A stretch of DNA of 64,000 bases from Ylistrum balloti. Taxonomy: Eukaryota. The stretch is taken from the NCBI RefSeq assembly GCF_031769215.1, contig NW_026782188.1, positions 1,240,001 to 1,304,000 on the forward strand, written 5' to 3'. Positions 25,201-37,798 of this stretch are shown here, in pieces. A program made the position numbers and the translations under genes. A model generated the notes under the pieces. The model saw nothing but the letters and a program-made list of their open reading frames with translations. It made no database searches and had not been told where the DNA came from. Within the stretch, counting starts at the first letter, position 1, and each line of letters begins with the position of its first letter.

Positions 25201-26700
25201 AATTCTAAATACACACAAGAGACTGTAATAGGTCTGATAGGGGGGTCCAAAACAAAAGGTGTCATGAAGCATTTGTTCATATATAATAATATTAAAATAC
25301 ATATATATGTATTTCTATTTGCAATAGCAGAGAGGTAAAAACTAGCACTAAAATTCATTCACTAACCATGAGGCTTTTAACATCTTAGCTATCACACTTT
25401 TTACAATATTATCAAGTATGATTAGGACAAAATAGCACTTTCTACATTTCATAGTGTCACTTTACACCTGGGAAGAATATAAAACAGAAACATTTCAACA
25501 ACACTTTGGTTAGAAATGGCCGGATAGAGCTTATAATATTGCAGCAGTAATATTGAGCTCAAAACTTTTCATCCAATCAAAGAATTGAAGACTCAAAATT
25601 CAAAACTTTTTTAGCATGTAAAATCATACTAATTCAGTTTTCCAAGAGCTTTCTTGTAAAAGATAAACACAAAATGCATTCAGTTTATTAAATAAGTTAA
25701 TATCAAATAACAGAGTGTATTGAAATAAAAAACACTGAACTGTACACAGAGGGAAATGCCAGTATTGTGAATTCTCTGTTATAAACAATTTATTGCATAC
25801 CCTTAGGTCTGAGTATAAGTAACACTTTGTATAATAATTTCTTACTTCTATACAAATAACAGTGAGCTCAAACAACATTCTAGTACTTTAGTGGTAAGAT
25901 TTGAGGTAATGTCGCCCAATAAATGGGCGGTGATAAAAACATTCACTAACAATACATATCTTTACATTTATATGTAAATATAAACTAGACCACAGTATCT
26001 CTGTAAACAAACAAACATTAGAGGATATATCAGACACAGATGGCAGGTTAAAGCTTCTGTTGTAAATATATCTGTTGGGAACTTAATACCAGTCCTATAT
26101 TATAAACTTCAAGTTATAAGACAATAAATGTTAAAAGAAACTATAAATTAGATTGCAAGATTAACTGATAAAGACCACAAACTCTTGCCTCCAAACAACC
26201 GTCCTATATTTCACTATCAATTACCTAAACCTATTGCTCTAATGCCCAATACCGGGATATTTTTAGACCTTAATTCCTTCAAATATTAAAAATATATAAT
26301 TCTAGTGACAGGATATAGCTACATAATTCACACCATAGCTTTCCCATCACCTTGTTGTACCTGTCAGTTTATAAATATGTTTACAATGTAAGAAGTTGAA
26401 GCTAGAGAATCTAAAATAAGGCTATTTATATCTAGTAATACAACTCCATTTCTAACAAGACTAGGTTTTATGGAATTCAACAGATGCTGTCTTGCCTGTG
26501 ATTATACAGGCATCATTGGCTTGTCTTGTTGCAGGGATCACTAGTATACACTGTACCACTTTATGTATTATACCAAACACCACATAACACCAATTATGCT
26601 TTCAAAGCGCTCAATCTCTTACTCATCCATTCCAACAATTCATCAAAACAAATGACCAATCAGAAGCTTGATTACATTCATTATAAAATATTGCAATCAA

Positions 26701-29700
26701 TCAGTATCCTCCACCTCGTCCTCTGCCACCTCGACCACTTCCTTTTCTTCCTCTACCCCCTCGTCCTCCACCCCCTCCTCCTCCTTGATAATTATCACTT
26801 TGTCCACCTTGATGATAACCTCCTCCTCCTCCTTGGCCACCATAGCCACCACCCTGGTTACCATAGCCTCCTCCTTGGCCACCATAGCCACCACCCTGGT
26901 TACCATAGCCTCCTCCTTGGCCACCATAGCCACCACCCTGGTTACCATAGCCTCCTCCTTGACCACCATAGCCACCACCTTGGTTACCATAGCCACCGCC
27001 CTGGTTACCATAGCCACCCCCACCTCTCCCTTGGTTGTAACCACCGCCACCTTGACCCCAGTTGCCACCTTGTTGGTTGGGATTTGCATCACCCCATCCT
27101 CCTTGCACCTTTCCTCCTCTTCCTCCACCTCCACCTCCACCTCCTCGACCCCGACCACCTCCATGTCCACCTAATACAAAAGTAATCATGTGATCTGATG
27201 AAGATAAGAACATAAAGAAACACTGTGTTGTGTCGCAGTTTCATTTTACCAAAGTTACTGCACAATCATAATTTCCATATCTAAACCATCCTAGATTTGT
27301 TTTATGTTGTTAGGGCTGAAGCAAGAGATCAGTTTTAGTTATGCTGAATATTACGATGTCTTGCAGAAAATGCTGTCATACATTGGAAGTGTTTACACAT
27401 CAATAACAATGATTCCAATATGTTTGCAAATTTGCTAAAACTGCAAAGTTTCTACAGTGCTGTCATTTAACCAGCTCTGATATCTATACATAGTTATCAG
27501 ATTTTTTTTCTGTGTGTATTTTGTATATTTCTTTGTTATTTGTGATGACATTAATGGATAGTCTTTAAGTACATTTAACAACATATCTATACACTGTTGG
27601 CACTCACTTTGTGGTCGCTGTGGTGCCGCCTCCCTCTTCATAAAGGACGGCATTTCTGGCGGAGGTGGCTCTAGTTCCCATGCCCGACCTCCTCTGTCTG
27701 GTACCTACCAGCAACAAAATGCACTGTTGTTTCAAAGGTTTCAAACTGTGAACTACATTCATTGAAATTAAAATGAACATTTTCCATACCATCTTTTAAC
27801 TTTAAAATAATATATACAAAATATTACAAATGTTGTAATCAATTCTCACAACAAATTGGACAGTTTTCTGACACTGGTTACCTCCCCTCATTCTGCCTAC
27901 CTTTGGTATGAGGACTCTGTTTATGGCACACTTTGTTTTCTCCCTGGCATCACCACTGCTAGTCTTCTCTAGGCGTGTCAAGTCTTGAGAAATAACATAC
28001 AGAATGATAAGGACTAATAGACCTGACTATAATACTGTCTAGTCTTAGAAAATAGCAAACATGGAGGACTACATCTGTTGGTACTAAGAGGAGATAACAA
28101 AACAGTCTTGTCGGTGAAAACAATGGAGGACTGTTTTTGTTGGTAGTGAGAGGAAATAACAAAACAGTCTTGTCGGAGAAAACAATGGGGGACTGTTTTT
28201 GTTGGTAGTGAGAGGAAATAACAAAACAGTCTTGTCGGAGAAAACAATGGGGGACTGTTTTTGTTGGTAGTGAGAGGAAATAACAAAACAGTCTTGTCGG
28301 AGAAAACAATGGGGGACTGTTTTTGTTGGTAGTGAGAGGAAATAACAAAACAGTCTTGTCGGAGAAAACAACGGGGGACTGTTTTTGTTGGTAGTGAGAG
28401 GAAATAACAAAACAGTCTTGTCGGAGAAAACAACGGGGGACTGTTTTTGTTGGTAGTGAGAGGAAATAACAAACCAGTCTTGTCGGAGAAAACAACGGGG
28501 GACTGTTTTTGTTGGTAGTGAGAGGAAATAACAAAACAGTCTTGTCGGAGAAAACAATGGGGGACTGTTTTTGTTGGTAGTGAGAGGAAATAACAAAACA
28601 GTCTTGTCGGAGAAAACAACGGGGGACTGTATTTGTTGGTAGTGAGAAGAAATAACTAACCAGTCTTGTCGGAGAAAACAACGGGGGACTGTTTTTGTTG
28701 GTAGTGAGAGGAAATAACAAAACAGTCTTGTCGGAGAAAACAATGTAGTTAGATGACATTCAGGTACTTTACATTTGGCTGTATTCATGACTGATAGAAT
28801 TTCACAATATTTGCTGTCAATAAAGAAAATGGGGCATTATATCATGAAACAATCTTACCCTAAGAAACAACCAACAAAGACGACTGTTAATTGTGAGAGT
28901 TAAGAGAGAACAGGTGTCTTTGGAAATGACATATGATCATTGGATATATAAAGAGAAAATGAATTTCTAATCTGAAGCCAACGCTAAACTTCTTAAACAC
29001 CTATCTAATTGCATTTTCATATACAAATATTTTCATCAAATCTCTACCACATACTCACCGTCCCTAGCTGAAAGGATTTGAGCAACTCCTATGGCTGGTT
29101 TTGTCTGAAGACTTTTTCGAACGGGTTGATATACTGCAGCAATATCATTTTCTTTTTGCTAAAAAGAAAGAATAATGAATCTAAGTCCCGTTCTTCAATG
29201 ATGTATATATTATGTGTGTGGTGATCTTGTTTAAGTCTGTAAGCACAACAAGATCAAATATGATCAAAGGGAGGTAATATTGTTGTAATAGCAAATATAC
29301 CTAATAATGACCAATACGAAACCATATCATACCTGATAATCCTCAGGAGACCTTGTGAAGTCATTTCATAGTTTACTTTCTTGCATAGACACTTTCAAAA
29401 TGGAAATCATGATAAAGTCGGAGAATCAAAATAACGACCAATGCTCAGACAGACAATACTGATGTAAAATTTAAAAGCGGTGATACTCAGTTTTATGTTC
29501 ACATAATGTTTAAACTTTCAAGGACATTTTTTAAATGGAAATCATGAGAAAAAGACATACATCTACCCTAATTTGAAAATATAAAACTATATTTAGTGTA
29601 TGTAAATCACATGGTGAAGTGTTCTGGGAAATATATCTACATACAAAGTAGATGATTTTTAGGACATTTGGTATTACATTACACAACAAAGCAACCTAGA

Positions 29701-32700
29701 CAAGGTGAAGTAAGGATGGAGATATGATTTTGATATGAATTTTTAAAATATAAAATAGTTCTATGTCTTAACAAGAATCCAGTGCCTGTTATTTTAAACA
29801 ACATTTAGATGTAAAAGAAAAAAGTTAGGTATGTCAATTTGATAGAAATTGCCATTTGAATATTTGACTGATACAGTATTCTAAAATGTCTTTTCATGTC
29901 AATTCCACACAGTACGCAACTTTTGCTTTAAGATTGCAGTCAATACACACCAGGCCTAATAAACTGTATCAGTAACTTTTTACCAGAATGGAAGAGGACG
30001 GTACCTAGAGTGACTCAATGTTTTACCTACAGTGAATTGATGTTTTACCTACAGTGACTCGATGTTTTATATACAGTGACTCAATATTTTACCTAAAATG
30101 ACACAATGTTTTACCTACAGTGACTCAATGTTTTACCTACAGTGATTCAATGTTTTACCTACAGTGACTCAATGTTTTACCAAAAGTAATTTGATGATTT
30201 ACATGCAGTGACTCAATGTTTTACCTACAGTGACTCAATGTTTTACCAAAAGTGATTTGATGTTTTACTTACAGTGGCCTGATGTTTTACTTACAGTGAC
30301 TCAATGTTTTACCTACAGTGGCTTGATGTTTTACTTACAGTGACTCAATGTTTTACTTACAGTGACTCAATGTTTTACCTACACTGACTCAATGTTTTAC
30401 CTACAGTGGCTTGATGTTTTACTTACAGTGGCTTGATGTTTTACTTACAGTGGCTTGATGTTTTACTTACAGTGACTAGATGTTTAACCTACAGTGAATT
30501 GATGTTTTACTTACAGTGACTCAATGTTTTACATACAGTGACTCAATGTTTTACCTACAGTGGCTTGATGTTTTACTTACAGTGACTAGATGTTTTACCT
30601 ACAGTGGCTTGATGTTTTACTTACAGTGGCTCAATGTTTTACCTACAGTGGCTCAATGTTTTACCTACAGTGACTCAATGTTTTACCTACAGTGACTCAA
30701 TGTTTTACCTACAGTGGCTCAATGTTTTACCTACAGTGACTCAATGTTTTACTTACAGTGACTCAATGTTTTACCTACAGTGGCTTGATGTTTTACTTAC
30801 AGTGGCTTGATGTTTTACTTACAGTGACTCAATGTTTTACCTACAGTGACTCAATGTTTTACCTACAGTGACTCAATGTTTTACCTACAGTGGCTCAATG
30901 TTTTACCTACAGCGACTCAATGTTTTACCTACAGTGGCTCAATGTTTTACCTACAGTGACTCAATGTTTTACCTACAGTGACTCAATGTTTTACTTACAG
31001 TGACTCAATGTTTTACTTACAGTGACTTGATGTTTTACTTACAGTGGCTTGATGTTTTACTTTCAGTGACTAGATGTTTTATATACAGTGACTAAATATT
31101 TTACCTAAAATGACTCGGTGTTTTACCTTTAGTGACTTGATGTTTTATATACAATGACTCAATGTTTTACCTACAGTGACTCAATGTTTTACCTACAGTG
31201 ACTCAATGTTTTACCTACAGTGTCTCGATGTTTTACCTACAGTGACACAATTTTTTACCTACAGTGACACAATTTTTACCTACAGTGACTCGATGTTTTA
31301 CCTACAGTTACTCAATTTTTTACCTACAGTGACTCAATGTTTTCAATACGATGAAGGTACCACATGAATAGTTATACTAAAATTGTTAGTTGTAAGAAAT
31401 AAGATCAATTTTCTAGGCCTTTGAACTTGTTGTTAAAAATAAGATCAATTAAAAAATGTCAGAAAAAGATATTGAAATCAGCAACGAATATTTCTGATTA
31501 GATGTCAACATGTTCATCAGGTAGTTCTCATTGTCAATGTAGCAATTCAAATATCTGCAGGAAGTTAACATAACTGGATATATCTGATATATATAACACA
31601 ATTATTTTGTAATTACTGTCTGTAAATGTCCAACAGAAATATCAAATTAAATGCTGATTATAGCGATCAACAACAATGTAAGGCTAAAGTTCACGACAAT
31701 ATTACAGGTACGGCTTTGTTGTTTCATGTGCACAAGGTGCGAAACTTACTTGGATAGGGATGACTGCAGGATTACTGCTGTTAGGCTAATAAGTGTCAAA
31801 TGAAATGTACAGGTGTACAACAAATACCTTGATGATTTACAAAATTCTAATCAGAATGAAAATTGGACAATTAGTCCACAGAGAGCAGATTAATTTCAAC
31901 CACCTTGCAAATGTTGATATTTTACCATTGTGAAAAGGAATATTCAATTACCATTTTCCTATTCAAATACTGCCCTACCAAACAAAAATGTGAATATTTG
32001 ATGACATCCCCCACAAGAAATTCACTTTTTTCTTGTATCTACAGATTACACCCTGAAATGCTTACCTTGGCTTTCTCTGACCACATGAATGACTGGACCG
32101 TGACATCTAGACGTTTCAATAACATTTCACGCCTTGTCTGGTACTCGCGACATAAAGCCTCGTTTATCTTCAGCACCTGATCCCACTGTTTATCAGACAG
32201 GCGAGCCTTCAGTAAAGATGTACCTGCCTGATTTGGGAACTTACTCACAAGATCTTGAATCTAAAACATCGAAAGTTTAAAATACTGGGCATTTAAACTA
32301 ACTCATAACTATAGATTAAAACAATGACTCAGTTGATCAATGACACACAAGAGACAAATTGATGGTATTTATGAAATTATGTTTTGAGATGTGATAACAA
32401 TTTTGATTCAGTTCAGGGAAATGCGGGTAAAAACTCATCAAATGAATCCTACATAGGACACGAATGTCAGGAGGCCAAAATTTCTAGAACTGCACTAACT
32501 TGAACAGCCCTTGATGCACACTTTTTATAAATTCTTAGCACACATTTTGCTACTTCAGTAATTTATAATAAAAAGCATTTCTAATAGAATGACAAATTAA
32601 CTAAAAAACAAAAAAAAAAAATCCCTAGATTTTGTCTGAGTCTCCATTTCATTGAAGAGCCGAAAGCAATTAATGTTCCCAAGAGATTTGGACACAAATG

Positions 32701-35700
32701 AACTTACCTTAGCCTCTACTTTACTGAAGAGTTGAAACGAAGTAATACTGGCTGGAGGTTTAGAGATCTCAAGTGCTATTAAAAGGATACGTAGATGCTT
32801 GGCTACATCACTCTCTATCTGTTAGACATCACATAAAAAAAAGGAAAATACGGAAAATTTATCATGAGATCACCAGTTTCAAGACAAAGATACTTGACCA
32901 GAGACACAATATAAGAATGGTATGCTATTTCAGTTGATTCAAAAAAGTTGTTGATAAGGCAAAGGAGACTATAACCAGCTACACCTGCAGTAATTATACT
33001 GTGCACATTCCACAATATCAGTTACATAATAACTCTGTGCAAAAATGAGATATTCATTTTTGCTGAATAAGCATTTTAAAAAATGTAAACACAAGATTAA
33101 CTGGTTAGAACTATCTATATTATATAACATTTTATCAATATTACTTTTATTATTATTATTATTAGTAGTAGTATTACTGCAATAATGCAGGAGTTTGGCC
33201 AGGCATTTATCAATGTTTCACTACAAATTGGAAAAAGAGCATGTTTGGAATTCAAATGGCAAAAAATAACAAAAACTCAATAAAAGCACTGAACATTTTC
33301 AGTTTTAATTGATACCTTCAGCCTGCAGCGTATCCTTAAATTGGTAACAGACCGAATGATAGTACAAATTTCCTTAGTCTCCCCAAAATTTGGTGCAATC
33401 AGACAATTACCTATCAAATGTACATTATTTCAAATTTGAATACAATGAAATATTTTTAAGACTTTTCATACAATCAGCTGATTGGAAAAAATTAAGGTCA
33501 AATTTGGGAAAAACACAAGACAATGTTTTATTAGGAATAAGATACATTACCAGACACTACAAACACCTCACAAAATCCCTATAAAGGTATGCCTTTGTTC
33601 CAAAATAAAGCAAATAGAAATAATTTTACTAGCTTTGGAAACTGAGGTTTTGGTCATATTCTAGAGTTAAAGATAAAAATTTCCAAGCCCCATAAATACA
33701 TGTTTACTGAAACACTTATGGCTTACTTGATACATGCTTTCAGTGAACACTGCTAGACTGGTCTGTAAGAACAAATCAAGTGGTGACACTTATTTAAATA
33801 GACATTTTATGCTCTCCACTCTTAATTACCATTTCTACAGGCTTTGTGGAGGTAGGGGCACTGTTGGCCTTCAGCTGACTTGGTTGTTTAGCTGCTATCA
33901 TCCTCACTGAGGCAAGCTCTGATGTAAGGTAATCTGTAAATAACAATACAAACATATTTGTACAGAAAAGATTCTACATGGAAGAGAGATACTCTTAATG
34001 GGCCTGTATCTCATGTATTGAATATCTTGTCTATGATATGGATACAAAAATATTAAAATTTACAACATAAATTTGTTTCTTCCCCATTGCCTTCTACCTA
34101 TTCCCTGCAGTCTGAGCAGAAATGACCAAAGCTTAGTGAATCTAACTGTAATATCTATATATCACAGATCACCAACTTCTTAGTTATTTTAATGAATAAA
34201 AAAGCAATTTTTACAATAAACCAGTACACAGATAGTTTATAGAAGGAAATCAACTATCAAAAGATACACCCACAGCTACTTTACTATGTCTATTTTTACA
34301 CAAAACCTTCTGATTCAGCATATGACCTGTCCCAATTTTTTTAAGCCCATGAAATTGGTAAACCTACAAATAAATAACCAAGAAAACATAGCCTTATAAC
34401 AATTTTTGAAGCAGAACATGAATACTAACTGTAGTATCTATGCCAGTCAACTTTCTCCTCCTATTTTCTGATCATAAAAGTTGAATAATGAAAGGAATTA
34501 ATATCTTTTGAGCATAATGTTTTGCCAAGTATTGGTAACACATTTAACTGATTCTAACTGCTGTTGAGAGAACATCTTTATACTATGTTTGTCTGTAAGT
34601 CACTTTAAAGGACAATTCAACTTACATATAGCAAGGATGCACAATCTGAAGAACTTTTACTTGAAACACTATCTTGAACAGAATATCTAAAAGATGTATA
34701 TATGATAGAGGTTCTATGGACCTGTTCAACAGTCCACACAGAAAACTGTTCATAAAGTCAATATCTGTTAACTTGAAATCCTTTTCCTCAAGCATGCTAC
34801 TACACAAATATCATGATCCAGGACATATTACTTGTTAAAAGAAGAAAATTTAAGTTCTGAATACATTTGACCCCAGTGACCTTGAATGTGGGCCACGGTC
34901 GTTCACTTGAAAAAATTGGTAGCCTTCATCCCAGCACGCTAAAGTCTAATAATAGAACCCTTGGCCTTTTGCTCACTGAGAAGAAGTCATTTAAAGATTT
35001 TAACACATTTCAACCCCTCAACCTTGAAAGTAAATCAAGGTCATTCATGTTAACATACCTGGTAGCCCTTCATCCCAGTATGTATGCTACAGGCCTGATA
35101 TTGGCACCCTGGGCAATTTTGTAACTGAGAATTCATGTGGTGATTTAAACACATTTGTATCCTGTGACCTTGAAAGTGGGTCAATGTTTTTCATTTTAAC
35201 AAACTTTACAGCCCTTTATCCTAGCATGCTACAGGCCCAATATCAACACCTAGGGTATTCTTGTAACTAAAACGTCATGTGAAGATTTAAAGACATTTGA
35301 CCCCTGTGACCTTGAAAGTGGGTCAAGGTCATTCATTTTAACAAACTTTACAGTACTTCATCCTAGCATGCTACAGGCCCAATATGAACACCCTGGGTAC
35401 TCTTGTTATTGAGAAAAAGTTGTTTGAATGGAAAGTTTGCACATAACGACGGAACACATCCTTATGATGCATTTCATATGTAGACTCAATTTTTTTTGAT
35501 GAGAGTACTTACCAAGCAACTGTAGTCGACTTTTCTTTGTGTTGAGTCTGTCAGAGACTTGTGTTCCCTCAAACAATTCCTTATATGGACAATCTACATA
35601 TGTACAGAAGAGTATATATTGCATAAGAATCATCATTGTTAGTGTTACTAATTCAAAAATATTTCAATTGTCTCAGTTTATTATTATTTGAGACAAAAAC

Positions 35701-37737
35701 CCTGAATACACTGACAAATCCGCTATGGATCATGTTTCAGTGAAAAATAGTGGATCCAGTTGCAAGACTGTATCAATTCAGAAATTTCAAAACAATATCA
35801 AGAAAGACACTTTGAAATATGCCAAATTTAGTCTCATGACAATCAAACCAAACTTGCTGTATCATAAATGATTAGAGATATCACTCACTTAATTCTCGCA
35901 AACAACTTCCGAGTTCCATAATAAAGTTGGAGGCTTCATCAGGACCTTCAAAACAAAAATAAGGACTTTTTGTTACCACAATATTATCATCAACAATGAA
36001 AGATTATCAATGTCCAATGTATATACCAATCACATACCATGTAACTACTTCTGGGAAAACCAGTCCTTGAAAGAGAGTGCTGATGCAGATTATAAAAGAT
36101 ATATATGTACTTTCATTTAAAATCTGAGAAATATTTTAGAAATATGACGTCATGTCATTTGCTAAATTGCTTAAAAAAAAAAAGAAAAACTGATATCTAT
36201 TTATCTTTCAACACTTATAAAACAAGTTCTTTTACTCATACTGGCCTGTATATGGACAAGGATAAAGGTAACACAAGTTCATTCCCTCATACTGGCCTGT
36301 ATGTGGACAAGGATAAAGGTAACACAAGTTCATTCCCTCATACTGGCCTGTATGGGGACAAGGATAAAGGTCTTCATGTGGGAGGGCACAAGAAGACCTA
36401 GAGAAATTCAAAAGTCAAAACCACATAATCAGTGATTATGTGACTAAATACCTAATACATGTACTGTATAACAGGTCTTTTTCACCGAATGCAAATTTTG
36501 CCATTAGGTGTCGAAACTGGAATACTTATCTAATCTCAGTCACATCACATAACCTATTGCAGCTACCATTCTTGATGTTATGATTTTAATCTGACTGGTC
36601 GAGAAATCACTATATATGAGATCATTTACATTGACAAGTCTTCATTTATGCAACCTTGAATGTTAAATCAAGTTCAGCAACTTACTGTTGATGGCATTAG
36701 CACACTCTTCCAGACCACAAAAGTCTCGAAGTTGTCCTGTCAGCCAGGCTACCAGCTTAGTGTACTCCACAGAGGCAGGTCCTGCTTCCACAGCATCATT
36801 GAATGCCTGTTCCTCTGACAATGGGCCATCATACCTATGGAATTAATCACAGAAATATGTCATTCTCAACATTTTTACTCACTTTTTCCTTTTTGATGAG
36901 GGAGGCAGGCAACACATATCATTTAGCCATGTCAGAAACATATTGTTCCTTTTGTTGAAAACATGTAAAAGATCTTCATGTTTATCAACTTCAATATGAC
37001 CCTGCATCTGAGTACCTTATTGATTACTCCTAGTAGTAACTATCCCTCAAATCCAGGACTATTACCCATATACAAGGTGGTACCTAATCTATTTAACAGT
37101 GCACAGGAACAGTTTAGGCTAGGTACAAAAAATCCCCTCCCTTTCCCTTTGTTGAAAAAAAATCATGAACCCACAGCACACAGTGACATGTGCCTATGGC
37201 AAGATACTTGAAGCAATTGTACTATAGTAGTCTGTCCTTGCTATGTTGATCAGGTTCTAACAATCTAAATATATCATATCTAATAATTTATTACGATTTA
37301 TTACGATACATGATGGAAGCGGGCTGGCTAGTCTCTATATCCATATCAATATTTAACAATTCATGAAAAAATGTGTTAACATTACTTCTGATGCTAATAA
37401 TATTAACACACTCTACAAATTTCAATGTAAATTTCAGTATACATCAGTTTTACGCTTGCTATTATTAAAGTAACAATGATAAGATATTTCTCCATCACCA
37501 CATCGAATATTATCATTGCAGTTCGACTGTGATGCTGCACAGCGGATGACATTTCTTTTACCTTCTGTCAGGAATCTTATCTTTTAAATACTGAAACTGC
37601 GTATTTAAAAGTAACACTAATTCCTAGCTAAAACATCACATGCTACTGTTTAAAACGATATAAAAATATCAATAAACTCTGTCACAATAAAATATCAACC
37701 TTAAATCTTCTAGAGAGTCTAGTATATCATTTTCCAT
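26701..37737 (-). CDS. FAM98: FAM98 family protein (partner of the RTCB-DDX1 tRNA ligase complex); 11 coding exons, 494 aa, Gly/RGG-rich tail
   Basis: Exons 37700-37737, 36686-36834, 35889-35945, 35513-35593, 33830-33933, 32708-32818, 32066-32260, 29059-29158, 27901-27983, 27608-27704 and 26701-27170 total 1485 nt, all GT-AG and phase-consistent. Motifs include MENDILDSLEDL, YDGPL, REYQTRREMLLKRLDVTVQSFMWSEKAK, EKTSSG, VPDRGGRAWELEPPPPEMP. Confidence 0.95.
28085..28745. repeat. 62-bp minisatellite in FAM98 intron 8, about 11 copies
   Basis: gttggtag anchor at 28139, 28201, 28263 and 28325; it explains ORFs 27959..28759, 28014..28619 and 28084..28788. Confidence 0.97.
30003..31345. repeat. 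22-bp minisatellite in FAM98 intron 7, about 60 copies
   Basis: Unit agtgactcaatgttttacctac with variant agtggcttgatgttttacttac. Confidence 0.97.
34855..35400. repeat. About 143-bp tandem repeat (4 copies) carrying TGACC motifs, in FAM98 intron 4
   Basis: catttgacccctgtgaccttgaaagtgggtcaaggtcattc-type unit; tgacc anchors at 34877, 35165 and 35307, with a diverged copy near 35020. Confidence 0.85.
36222..36370. repeat. 51-bp tandem repeat, 3 copies, in FAM98 intron 2
   Basis: acaagttcattccctcatactggcctgtatgtggacaaggataaaggtaac is repeated; ORF 36105..36401 shows a 17-aa period. Confidence 0.9.
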
Positions 37738-37790
37738 GTTGTCAGCACGTTCCTTGCATTACCGGTCTGCAATCACAACACTTATCAACG

Positions 37791-37798
37791 ACTTCCGG
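37791..37798 (-). promoter_or_regulatory. ETS/GABP-type motif upstream of the FAM98 start
   Basis: ACTTCCGG (CCGGAAGT on minus) 54 bp upstream of the ATG; motif match only. Confidence 0.35.

Noticed and set aside
26526-27185. His-rich, Thr/Ser-rich and Val/Glu-rich ORFs
   Set aside because: They are alternative frames or antisense of the FAM98 Gly-rich last exon.
27959-28788. Three ORFs of 201-266 aa
   Set aside because: They come from a stop-free 62-bp intronic repeat read in rotating frames.
30003-31345. Regular short repeats reminiscent of a CRISPR array
   Set aside because: The repeats are head-to-tail with no unique spacers, there are no cas genes, and the context is a eukaryotic intron. 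The same applies to all other arrays.
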